From contig JBDRPD010000052.1 in NCBI GenBank assembly GCA_043827405.1, positions 1 to 55,353 on the forward strand: a stretch of DNA of 55,353 nt, written 5' to 3'. Both the position numbers and the translations under genes were made by a program. Below, piece by piece: positions 39,326 to 47,756 of the stretch; position 1 is the stretch's first letter; each line of letters opens with the position of its first letter. Origin of the DNA: Elusimicrobiota bacterium (GTDB lineage: Bacteria; Elusimicrobiota; Elusimicrobia; UBA1565). The notes below the pieces were generated by a model. It was not told the DNA's origin, did not search any database, and worked only from the letters and a program-made list of their open reading frames with translations.

Positions 39326-39911
39326 CCGATTCGGGAGAGACCGTCGCGGCGGCTTCCTCCGCCGCGGGGAGATGCTTTCGCCGCGGGTCTCCGGGGCCGC
39401 GTTCGCGCCCTTCCTTCATCATGCGCCGCAGCAGCATGCGGCGGCGCTTGAGCCGGCGCTTGGCGTCCAGCATGCGCTTATTCGCGGCCACCGCCTCCCG
39501 GTTATTGGAGCGGCGCACGGCCTTCTTCATCGCGTAGCGCGCGCGCCGCACTTCGTTGAGGTCCTCTTTGATCTCCCGCTTGAGCTGGCGGAAGCGGGGG
39601 GAAACCTCGCCGTTCTCTATGGCGGCAAGGAGACGCTCTCTGCGGCGCCGCTGCTCCGCCCGGCTCTCACGCAGCCGCTCCTGCAAGCGCTCGACCGTCT
39701 CCGCATCTCCCTCGGCGCGAGCCTTGCGGATGCGGCGGCGGACGCGCCGCACCTCGCTGCGGCCTTCGCGTACGCGGTCCACGAGCTTCTGTTCGACGCC
39801 GCCGGGAGTCTCTTTTGCCCCGGCCTCCGCCGGCGGCACGGCCTCCTGCGGCTGCGCGATCGCGGCGCCGGGCAGCGCCAGCAAAGCCAGCAGCAGCCAA
39901 TAACCGGTCAT
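39309..39911 (-). CDS. Exported Arg/Glu-rich helical protein
   Basis: Signal peptide; highly charged coiled coil; overlaps both neighbours in the ECF operon. Confidence 0.7.
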   Translation of the reverse strand: MTGYWLLLALLALPGAAIAQPQEAVPPAEAGAKETPGGVEQKLVDRVREGRSEVRRVRRRIRKARAEGDAETVERLQERLRESRAEQRRRRERLLAAIENGEVSPRFRQLKREIKEDLNEVRRARYAMKKAVRRSNNREAVAANKRMLDAKRRLKRRRMLLRRMMKEGRERGPGDPRRKHLPAAEEAAATVSPESGEGEF

Positions 39912-40951
39912 GGCCGCGCCTCCCCGGCGGGCATCAGCGATTCCGCCACGCGGCGCAGGGCGTCGACACCCAGCCGCCCCAGCAGCACGAAATGATCTTC
40001 ACCCCACCACTCCAGAAACTTGCCGTCCGCGGTCAGGACCAGACGGGCGCCGGCGCCGCCCACCGCGACCTTCCCGGGTGCGGCGCCGGCGGCGGCCAGC
40101 GCCCCGGTATAACGCACCCGCGCTCGCCGCGGCGCCTGGAAAAGCGACAGCACGTCCAGACCGTCGGTGAAGCGGTAATGCAGTATCGTCGCACCTTTAT
40201 GCGGCAGAATATTGACGCTCTCAAATAAATACCCGGGCGGCAGCCAGGCGGGAATCTGCGGCCGCATATCGGTCGCGGCCGCGGCCTCGTCGAACTCCAG
40301 GTAGTCGGGCCGGATACGGCTGCGTTCCGTGCGCACCCCGGCGGGCGGGGTAAAGGTAAATTCCCAATCATCCGGCTCGGCGGGAACTTCGAGCCGGTGA
40401 AAGCTCATGCGGGACGCTTCGCTGCCGTCCGCGAGATACGCCGCACGCTGCAGCACGATGCCGTATTCCCGGTCGACCCACAGCTGGCGAACCAGGCGCC
40501 CGCCGGACCGTGCCCGCACTTCGAGCACGCGGCAAACGCGCCCCGCGACGGTTTCGTCCGCGCGCAGGCTAAACGTGTAATTGAGCTCGAGCAGGCGCTG
40601 CTCCTCATCCGGATCGAGCAGCTTGTAATCGGGATCGGCAGGCTCGCCGCGCCAAGCGGTCGCCCGCTGGCGATCGTAGATCCATTCCTCCTCACCGTCG
40701 GAAACGATGGTCAACAGCGGAAAGCCGTGGCGGTCGACGACTTCGCGCTTGTAGCGGTTCGGCGGGGCGTAGGCGACGGTCAGCAGCTTCTCCTTTTCAC
40801 GGCCGTCGTGCCGCGTCACGATCGACAGCTGGCCGGAGAAGGCGACCGCCGACGGCGCCAGGCTGTCCGCCAGCACGTCCGCCGCCGACGCCGCGTACGC
40901 CCGCGGAGCGAGCGCCAGGCAGCATGCCGCCAGCAGGGCCTTAATACACAT
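39908..40951 (-). CDS. MucB/RseB-like (LolA-fold) periplasmic sigma regulator
   Basis: Signal peptide; ETVAGRVCRVLEV, LWVDREYGIVL, PAWLPPGY, FTDGLDVLSLF; follows the anti-sigma gene. Confidence 0.78.
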   Translation of the reverse strand: MCIKALLAACCLALAPRAYAASAADVLADSLAPSAVAFSGQLSIVTRHDGREKEKLLTVAYAPPNRYKREVVDRHGFPLLTIVSDGEEEWIYDRQRATAWRGEPADPDYKLLDPDEEQRLLELNYTFSLRADETVAGRVCRVLEVRARSGGRLVRQLWVDREYGIVLQRAAYLADGSEASRMSFHRLEVPAEPDDWEFTFTPPAGVRTERSRIRPDYLEFDEAAAATDMRPQIPAWLPPGYLFESVNILPHKGATILHYRFTDGLDVLSLFQAPRRARVRYTGALAAAGAAPGKVAVGGAGARLVLTADGKFLEWWGEDHFVLLGRLGVDALRRVAESLMPAGEARP

Positions 40952-41426
40952 CGCGCTCCTCGGCCATGCCGCCGGCCAGACGCACCGGCATCTCGGACAG
41001 TATTTTCTCGGACGGCGCCAGCGGCATGGTCAGCGCGTACTGGTTGTGCGCCGCCATGAGCAGATCGGCCGGGACATCCAGGCGCGGCACCAGCAGCCCC
41101 GCCTGGCGCACCCACAGCATAAAGGCGATGCCGGCGGCCAGGGCGAACGCCGCGACGGTGTTGCGCATGCTCAACGCCGTGCGCAGAACTTCGAGCATTC
41201 CGCGCCGGGGAACGCCGCCGCCGAGCGCGGCCAGCTCCGCGGCCAGGTCCGCCGGCAGCGCGGGAACCGGAAGCTCCCGCAAAGCGGTTTTCGCCGCCCG
41301 CATCGATGCGAGCTTGCGGCGGCAGGCGGCACACTCGTCGACGTGAGCCTCCACCGAGCGCGTCTGCACGCCGCCGGTCTCGGCGTCGATATACGCCGAT
41401 AAAATATCGAATTTAGGACAGCTCAT
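40941..41426 (-). CDS. Zinc-binding (zf-HC2) membrane anti-sigma factor
   Basis: LSAYIDAE...HVDECAAC (HxxxCxxC) plus one TM; start at ATG 41426. Confidence 0.85.
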   Translation of the reverse strand: MSCPKFDILSAYIDAETGGVQTRSVEAHVDECAACRRKLASMRAAKTALRELPVPALPADLAAELAALGGGVPRRGMLEVLRTALSMRNTVAAFALAAGIAFMLWVRQAGLLVPRLDVPADLLMAAHNQYALTMPLAPSEKILSEMPVRLAGGMAEERDVY

Positions 41427-41985
41427 CGGCCGCAAACCTCTCCGCCGCGAGGACCCGGCGCAGCGCGATGCGCGCGCGGCTGATCCGGGAGCGCACGGTC
41501 CCAACCGGGACGTCGAGCACGCGGGAAATCTCCTCGTAGCACAAACCCTCCATATCGCACAGCGTCAGCGCGACCCGGTGATCGTAGGCCAGGCTGTCAA
41601 GCGCCCGCCGCACCGTTTCCGCGGCCTCCGCCCTCTCCAGAGTCTCCAGCACGCGGCCATCCTCCTCCGGAATCAAATCCTCGTACGTCAGCTGCTCGCC
41701 ATCCGCTTCCCCGCGTACGGCCCGCTCCAGGGACAGGACATTGCGGCGTTCATAGCGCTTGCGTCCATCCAGAAATACGTTGCGCAGGATGGTAAAGAAC
41801 CAGCTGTCCAGCGCGCGGGACGCGTCGTAACGGTCCCAGCTGCGCAGCACCCGGAAAAACGCCTCCTGCACGAGGTCCTTGGCATCTTCGATGTTCCCCG
41901 TCAGACGGTAAGAGAACTGAAACGCCCGCTCACCGTATTCTTCGACGAACTTATCGAACTGAGGTCCCGGCCCGTTCTGCTCCAA
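41413..41985 (-). CDS. ECF RNA polymerase sigma factor
   Basis: DAKDLVQEAF, SWFFTILRN, YEEIS...VPVGTVRSRISRAR; TTG start. Confidence 0.92.
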   Translation of the reverse strand: MEQNGPGPQFDKFVEEYGERAFQFSYRLTGNIEDAKDLVQEAFFRVLRSWDRYDASRALDSWFFTILRNVFLDGRKRYERRNVLSLERAVRGEADGEQLTYEDLIPEEDGRVLETLERAEAAETVRRALDSLAYDHRVALTLCDMEGLCYEEISRVLDVPVGTVRSRISRARIALRRVLAAERFAADELS

Positions 41986-42000
41986 CGTTCACCCCGCTAG

Positions 42001-42026
42001 TACGACTGAACCCCGATTTTAGTTCC
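42001..42026 (-). promoter_or_regulatory. Putative autoregulatory ECF promoter
   Basis: Minus strand GGAAC-N17-CGTA directly upstream of the sigma gene, matching the AAC/CGT ECF pattern. Confidence 0.65.
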
Positions 42027-42132
42027 CTGCATTCTCGCATTCTCACAGCGTCACCCGCAATTACGAGCGAGCACGTTAAAAGTTCCCAAATAATCGGCAG
42101 CAGAACAAAAGGCGTAGGGCCTATATGTTAGA

Positions 42133-42942
42133 ATGGCCCGATTGCCTACCATGGCTATGCCGCGAAGTCTATTCGACGCTTGGCCGGCTTTCGAGCGCCA
42201 ACTGCGCGCGCAGCGCGGCCTGCTCATCGCCTTTGATTTCGACGGCACGCTGGCCGCGCCGGTACCCCATCCCAACCGCTCCCGGCTCGGCGGACGCACC
42301 CGCCGCCTGCTGGAGCGGCTGCAGCGTTTAAACCGCGGCTCGACGGCGATCATCAGCGGGCGCGGCCTGGCGGACCTGCGCCGCCGCGCCGCCGCCGAGG
42401 GGCTGATCTACGCCGGCAACCACGGCATCGAGATGGCGGGCCCCGGCATCCGCTTTCTCCACCCCAAAGCGCGGGCCGCCGCGCGCGCGCTGCGGCCGAT
42501 CGCCGCGGCGCTCAAGCGCCGCCTGCGGGAGCATCCCCGAGTCCATATTGAAGACAAGCGCTTTTCGCTTTCGCTCCATTTCCAAGGAGCCCCCGCCGGC
42601 GATCAGGACGCGGTCCGCCGCGCCGTCGAGTCGGCGACCGCCGGCCGCCGGCGCAGCTTCGAAGTACTGCTGGGCCGCGGCGTCAGCGAAGTCCGCCCGC
42701 GCATCTCCTGGGAAAAGGGCGATGCCCTGCGGCGTCTGCGCGGCCGCAGCCGCCGCTTCCCGGTCTTCGTCGGCGACGATACGGTCGACGAGCACGCCTT
42801 CGCGGCCGCCCGGTCCGCCGGCGGCGCCGGCATCCGGATCGGCAGGCCGCGGCACTCCGCGGCGACCCACTACCTGGACCGGCAGAGCCAGGTGAACGAC
42901 CTGCTCGCAAGGCTGGCGCGCCTGCTCGAGGGGGCCGGCTGA
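42133..42942 (+). CDS. otsB: Trehalose-6-phosphate phosphatase (HAD)
   Basis: FDFDGTL, IISGR, GNHGIE, VGDDTVDEHAF. Start could be a slightly later ATG. Confidence 0.88.
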   Translation: MARLPTMAMPRSLFDAWPAFERQLRAQRGLLIAFDFDGTLAAPVPHPNRSRLGGRTRRLLERLQRLNRGSTAIISGRGLADLRRRAAAEGLIYAGNHGIEMAGPGIRFLHPKARAAARALRPIAAALKRRLREHPRVHIEDKRFSLSLHFQGAPAGDQDAVRRAVESATAGRRRSFEVLLGRGVSEVRPRISWEKGDALRRLRGRSRRFPVFVGDDTVDEHAFAAARSAGGAGIRIGRPRHSAATHYLDRQSQVNDLLARLARLLEGAG

Positions 42943-42944
42943 CC

Positions 42945-43739
42945 ATGCGTCCGATACTCTTCTCCTGCGGCAAGTTCAGCGTGCTCGCGGGGCCGGCCTT
43001 CGCCGCGCTCTCCGCCGTGTTCGCCTTCTTCTATATCCGCCGCTACCGGGAGCATGCCGAGCTCTCGGTGGAGGAGCTGTGGACGCTGATGGCCTATCTC
43101 ACGGCCGGCACCTTCATCGGCAGCATCGCGCTCTACCTGCTGCTCTTCGGCGGCGGTCCGGGCAAAAACATCGAGTTCATGCTGCGCTACCACGCCATCC
43201 AGGGCGGCACCTACTTCGGCAATATCCTGGGCTGCTTTCTGGCCGCCGCGCTGTTCGCGCGCCGCAGCGGCAAAAGCCTGCCGGCCATCGCGGACCTGCT
43301 GGGCGGCGCCTCCCTGCTGGCGCTGTTTCTCATGCGCTGGGGCTGCCTGCAGCACGGCTGCTGTTTCGGCAAGATCACCGATTCCGCTTTGGCGATGACC
43401 TTCCACATCCCCAACTTCGGCCTCCGCAACACCCTCATCGGCCTGCCGCTGCACCCGACGCAGCTCTACTCCTCGGCCGGCGCCCTGCTGATGTTTGCAG
43501 CCGTACACTTCGGCGTCTTCCGCCGCGTCCTGAAGCGCGAGCTGCCCGCGGGCTCGGCTTTCGTCGCCGCGACCGTCCTCTACGGAATTTTTCGCTTCCT
43601 GCTTGAGTTCCTGCGCGGCAGCGACGCCGGTATGCTGCGGCCCTTCGGCCTGACGACCTCGCAGGTGCTCGCCGCGGCGAGCGTCGGGGCGGCGCTGTAC
43701 CTGCGCCGGGCATGGCGGCACGGGAAGCCCGCGCGATGA
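42945..43739 (+). CDS. lgt: Prolipoprotein diacylglyceryl transferase-like protein (GCCxG subtype)
   Basis: MRPIL start, RWGCLQHGCCFG, HPTQLY, YGIFRFLLEFLRG; polytopic. Confidence 0.8.
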   Translation: MRPILFSCGKFSVLAGPAFAALSAVFAFFYIRRYREHAELSVEELWTLMAYLTAGTFIGSIALYLLLFGGGPGKNIEFMLRYHAIQGGTYFGNILGCFLAAALFARRSGKSLPAIADLLGGASLLALFLMRWGCLQHGCCFGKITDSALAMTFHIPNFGLRNTLIGLPLHPTQLYSSAGALLMFAAVHFGVFRRVLKRELPAGSAFVAATVLYGIFRFLLEFLRGSDAGMLRPFGLTTSQVLAAASVGAALYLRRAWRHGKPAR

Positions 43740-43746
43740 GCCGCCG

Positions 43747-44544
43747 ATGAAGCGCGAACCCCAAAGGCTCTACTACACGCTGGCGGTCCTGGGCCTGTTC
43801 GCGCTGGTGGCGCTGGCGCGCTGGGACCTCGTGGCCGGCGCCTTCCATGCGACGCGGGCCGGCATGCAGCGCGACCCGCGAACCCAGCTGCACCTGCTCT
43901 TCGAGATCGCGCTATTTTCCGGGATCATGCTGCTGACGCTGCGCGCCATCCCGCTGCGCGCGAACATGCGCCGGGACGCCCTCGTCTTCTTCTTCGCCGC
44001 CGCCGCCGGCTATTGCGCCGAAGCCTGGGGAACGCGCACCGGGCTCTGGACCTACTATACGCGTGAAGCGCCGCCGCTGTGGATCGTCCCGGTATGGTCG
44101 TTGGGCGCGCTGGTCATCGACCGCATGACCGAGCGCACGCGCGCGCTGCTGCAGCGGCGGGCCGGGGAAAAGGGCGCGCGAACGCTGTACTGGCTCATCG
44201 CGGCCGGCGCCCTGGCGCTGTGCGCGGCATTCTCGCTGCCCGCCGCCGCCGCCCCCGCGACCTGGGCGGTATGGGCGCTGCTCGCCGCCGCCTTATTCGT
44301 CAAGCCGCGCCCCACCGCGGACGTATGGCTCCTTCTGACCGGGATGTTCTATGTCTTTTTCGCCGATCTATGGGGCGTCACCAACGGCTGCTGGAGCTAC
44401 TATATCGCGCGGGCCGGAGCGCCGCTGCCGGTGCGGCTGGCGGGAGTGGGCTTCGGCATGCTCTTTGATGCGACGGTGGTTTTGGCGGTTCTCAAAACCG
44501 CGCGTCTGCTGGTCCCTGGCGAAGAAGATAACGATCATGCATAA
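43747..44544 (+). CDS. Integral membrane protein with an internally duplicated (E/D)xWG...WxYY motif
   Basis: AEAWGTRTGLWTYY and ADLWGVTNGCWSYY; multiple TM helices. Confidence 0.75.
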   Translation: MKREPQRLYYTLAVLGLFALVALARWDLVAGAFHATRAGMQRDPRTQLHLLFEIALFSGIMLLTLRAIPLRANMRRDALVFFFAAAAGYCAEAWGTRTGLWTYYTREAPPLWIVPVWSLGALVIDRMTERTRALLQRRAGEKGARTLYWLIAAGALALCAAFSLPAAAAPATWAVWALLAAALFVKPRPTADVWLLLTGMFYVFFADLWGVTNGCWSYYIARAGAPLPVRLAGVGFGMLFDATVVLAVLKTARLLVPGEEDNDHA

Positions 44545-44546
44545 TA

Positions 44547-44588
44547 TAGGCCAAAGGACCTATGTTTTCATATAGGTCCTTTGTCCCT
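44547..44588. promoter_or_regulatory. Inverted pair of TAGGNCC-type motifs upstream of the small peptide genes
   Basis: TAGGCCAAAGGACCTA (44547-44562) and TAGGTCCTTTGTCCCT (44573-44588); perfect 12-bp inverted repeat CAAAGGACCTAT/ATAGGTCCTTTG. Could alternatively act as an RNA hairpin. Confidence 0.55.
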
Positions 44589-44658
44589 TGCTTAGGTGCC
44601 GCATGAGGGCAAAGCTATCATTAGACGGATGGGGCGGACCGTCGCCCGGGAGCTATTG

Positions 44659-44955
44659 ATGAAAACGAAATTTATAAGGTTTCTGGTGGTCGCCTTCTGC
44701 ACCTCGACGCTTGGCGGGCTGGCACTGACGCCCAATGTCAGCTACGGCGCGACCGAACAAGAGACGCAGGAACATATGGCGGCGGAGAAGCTGAAAACTC
44801 AGCAGGCAATAGCGGCCCAGCAGGATTACAACTCCGGCTATAACGAAGGCTACATGCGTGCCCGTGAGGAAGAGCAGAAAAAGCTCGACGAGCAGGCATA
44901 CAATCAGAACAGCGGCTGCTGCGGCGGCGGACAACAACAGCAGCAAACGCAGTAA
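44659..44955 (+). CDS. Small secreted Gln-rich peptide with a GCCGG motif near the C-terminus
   Basis: GGAG RBS, ATG 44659; signal-like KFIRFLVVAFCTSTLGGLALTPN; ends NSGCCGGGQQQQQTQ. Confidence 0.8.
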   Translation: MKTKFIRFLVVAFCTSTLGGLALTPNVSYGATEQETQEHMAAEKLKTQQAIAAQQDYNSGYNEGYMRAREEEQKKLDEQAYNQNSGCCGGGQQQQQTQ

Positions 44956-44967
44956 CCCGAACCGGCT

Positions 44968-45198
44968 ATGAAATTCATACGCCTGGCGGTACTTGCGGTC
45001 AGCAGCCTCACCTTGGGGACTCTGGCCCTAACCCCGAACCTCGGCCATGGTAGCGAGTCCTTCCAACAGGGCTATGATGACGGAGCGAAGGCCGGCCGGC
45101 GGGCGGCACAAGAGACCGCCTCCAACAACGAAACCCAAACCGGAGGCGGAGGCTGCTGCGGCGGACAGCAGCAGCCATCCAGCAGCGGCCAGCAGTAA
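44968..45198 (+). CDS. Small secreted peptide with a GCCGG motif (paralog of the upstream gene)
   Basis: MKFIRLAVLAVSSLTLGTLALTPN...GYDDG...GGGGCCGGQQQ. Confidence 0.8.
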   Translation: MKFIRLAVLAVSSLTLGTLALTPNLGHGSESFQQGYDDGAKAGRRAAQETASNNETQTGGGGCCGGQQQPSSSGQQ

Positions 45199-45217
45199 TC
45201 GATAGCAGGGATTCGCG

Positions 45218-46087
45218 TCAGCGCTTCGAACCGGCAGTCGGTTCCGAGCGCTTTCGCTTTTTGGACTTCTTTTTCTTCTTGAGAGGGTCCTGCATGCCCG
45301 TGATCGCCGAACCGATGGAGGACAGCTTGCCCAAGTCGGCCCCCTGGGGAGCGGCCTGCTTAACCATGTTGGCCATATTGGGGATCACTTCCTTGGTGAA
45401 TCCCTGCACGTAGTCGGTCATCTTGCCGTCGGTGGTCATGAAGCGTACCATCTCGTCGTGCACCGCCTTGGGCGGCGGCTTCTTGAGCGCATCCATGCAC
45501 ATCTCGACGGCGACCTTCCAGACTTTCGGGTTCTTGGCATGCTTGCTGATGGTGCGCCGCACCTCCGGCAGGCCGATCACGGTGCGCGCCCATTTGTAAG
45601 CGTCGCGGTCTTTCGCATACTCGGCATTGGCATTCATGTAGCGCGGCAGCTTGCCGAACTCCAGGTCGACCTCACGGACAATCGCGTACTTCTTGCGGTA
45701 CTCCTGTCCGATCGCGCCGAGACGCGACTGCTCCTTGCGGATCAGATGGTCGTACTTGCGGATAAATTCCTGTTCCTGCTCACGCTTGGACATCGGCGCT
45801 TTGCCCGGCTGGTAGATGTTGCTGGTTTCGGTTACGAAGCCGCCAAGCCCGGCGCCGCTCTGGCTTTGCCGCGCGTTTGTCTCCTGCTCGAACTTGGAGA
45901 CGTAGCCGCCGCCGGCCTTCGTATGGGTATCGGGCTTCTCCCGCAGATTGAAGCCGGAGGAGTCCAGTCCTTGGTCCTCGGATTTGCCGCTGATCATTCG
46001 AATGGTAAAGAAGCCGGCCGCGAGGATGGGGAGGAGGGCCAGCAGCAGCAGGGTTGAGGATGAGCTTTTACGAGGTTGCTGGGACAT
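45218..46087 (-). CDS. Single-TM membrane-anchored hypothetical protein (paralog of 1310-2185)
   Basis: N-terminal TM LLLLALLPILAAGFFTI; shared helical domain; poly-Lys C-terminal tail. Confidence 0.8.
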   Translation of the reverse strand: MSQQPRKSSSSTLLLLALLPILAAGFFTIRMISGKSEDQGLDSSGFNLREKPDTHTKAGGGYVSKFEQETNARQSQSGAGLGGFVTETSNIYQPGKAPMSKREQEQEFIRKYDHLIRKEQSRLGAIGQEYRKKYAIVREVDLEFGKLPRYMNANAEYAKDRDAYKWARTVIGLPEVRRTISKHAKNPKVWKVAVEMCMDALKKPPPKAVHDEMVRFMTTDGKMTDYVQGFTKEVIPNMANMVKQAAPQGADLGKLSSIGSAITGMQDPLKKKKKSKKRKRSEPTAGSKR

Positions 46088-46127
46088 AGCGTTCTATAGG
46101 GAAGTGTAACACCCGGCTCAAGGGCTG

Positions 46128-47756
46128 TCAACACGACGGGCACACACGACGGGCACGCCGCCGCGCCGCAAACGGCAAAAGGTTAATCAGCAGCAGCAGC
46201 AGCGCTCCCAAATGGTAGAACGCTTCGCCGGCAAACGCATGCGGCGTGCGCATATCCATGGTCGCGACGGTCTCGACCAGCGCGCCGCGCACGTCCATAC
46301 CCAAGGTGCGCCGCAGCCGGCCGGTAGGTTCGACCACCGCGCTGATGCCGGTAGTGACGGCGCGCAACAGATACTTCCGGTTCTCGATGGCGCGCAGGCG
46401 GCTGCCGGTCAGATGATGCGTCGGGCCCAGCCCCGGCCCCAGCCAGGCGTCGCTTGACAGCGCGATCAGCAGCTGGGCGCGGTCGCGCGCATACCATGCC
46501 GCATGCCGCGCGACGAACTCCTCGTAGCAGATGTAAACGCCCAGGCGCGCGCCGTTCTCATGGAACAGCAGGGTGCGCGGACCGCGGGAGAGCGGCTCCA
46601 TACCCGGCCGGGAAAAACGGCGCAGAAAGGGGAAATAGGCGCCCAGCGGGACATACTCGCTAAACGGCGTCAAGTAATACTTCCCGACCATCCCCTGATA
46701 GCGCCGCTGCGAATCCGTAAGAAAAGCCGAGTAATACATTCGCCGCGGCCGCGTTTCATCACCCTGCAGAATGGATGTCCCGCTGAGGATGGCGGGCGCG
46801 CTGAAGCTCAAGTCCAGGCGCAGCGCTTCCTCGAGCGGCCGTCCGTCGACGCGCGGCCGGCGCCGCGCGTAGTCGCTGCGCTCGAAGGTCAGCGTCCGCT
46901 CATAGGCCGCCTGCGGCCAGACGACCAGGTCCACCGGCCCGCGCGCCAAAACCGACCGGGTCAGCTCATTGTAGACCGCGAGGTTCGATGCGAACGATTC
47001 GGGCTTTTCCACCTGCTCCCGCGGCAGCGAGCCCTGGATCACGGCGACGCGCAGAGCGAAGCCCTCGCGCATTCGCCGTGCGGCCCAAGCGTCCACCTGG
47101 CGGATGCGGACCAGGCCGTAGCATTCGTTGAGCAGCAGCAGGGCGACGGCGATCTTCAGCCCCGTCCAGCGGTACCGCGCCGCCCGGTCGGAGAAGAGCC
47201 CGACGTACAGGCAGGCATTGGCGCCGTACAGCAGCCAGGCCAGCCCCGCCGTTCCGAACACCTCCAGCAGCTGCAGGAGCGGCAGGTGGTAGAACTGGGT
47301 ATGCGCGGCGGGCAGCGGATTATAAAGGGGGAAGTAGGCCTCCGCGCAGATCATGGCCGGCACGAAAACGCAGGCCGCCGCCGTCCGCCGCGAGCAGCGC
47401 AGGAAATCCGCAAGCGCGCCGGACATCGCCGCCGCCGCGCCGCCCACGCCCGCGAGCAGCAGCCCGCTGTAAAGACAGATCGCCAGATAGCTCATGGCCG
47501 ACTCAATGGGTGAAAAAACGAGATAGGTCTCGATCGTATCCAGGAACCAGCGAAAGCCAATCAGCCAGGAGAGCGTCCCGAAAGCCCAGCTCCAGAGAAA
47601 AGCGCGAACCGGACCAAGCCGCTCCAGCATGCGCAAAAACGGCACCAGCGCGAACCACATGAGAAGGCCCCATGGTCCCGGCGTATGTCCCAGAGAGTAC
47701 AGGACAGCGCCGAGCAGGAGGGCCCCCGCGCGGCGGCGCAGCGCAGCGCTCAGCAC
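46128..47756 (-). CDS. lnt: Apolipoprotein N-acyltransferase-like protein
   Basis: N-terminal TMs; VIQGSLP, VVWPQ, KYYLTPFSEY, ICYE, SSDAW, RAIENRKYLLRAVTTGISA; GTG start at 47756 overlaps the upstream stop. Confidence 0.85.
   Translation of the reverse strand: MLSAALRRRAGALLLGAVLYSLGHTPGPWGLLMWFALVPFLRMLERLGPVRAFLWSWAFGTLSWLIGFRWFLDTIETYLVFSPIESAMSYLAICLYSGLLLAGVGGAAAAMSGALADFLRCSRRTAAACVFVPAMICAEAYFPLYNPLPAAHTQFYHLPLLQLLEVFGTAGLAWLLYGANACLYVGLFSDRAARYRWTGLKIAVALLLLNECYGLVRIRQVDAWAARRMREGFALRVAVIQGSLPREQVEKPESFASNLAVYNELTRSVLARGPVDLVVWPQAAYERTLTFERSDYARRRPRVDGRPLEEALRLDLSFSAPAILSGTSILQGDETRPRRMYYSAFLTDSQRRYQGMVGKYYLTPFSEYVPLGAYFPFLRRFSRPGMEPLSRGPRTLLFHENGARLGVYICYEEFVARHAAWYARDRAQLLIALSSDAWLGPGLGPTHHLTGSRLRAIENRKYLLRAVTTGISAVVEPTGRLRRTLGMDVRGALVETVATMDMRTPHAFAGEAFYHLGALLLLLINLLPFAARRRARRVCPSC

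Noticed and set aside
44552..44583. Intrinsic terminator reading of the 12-bp inverted repeat
   Set aside because: No clean U-tract after the stem, and the arms match the motif seen at 10575; not fully excluded.
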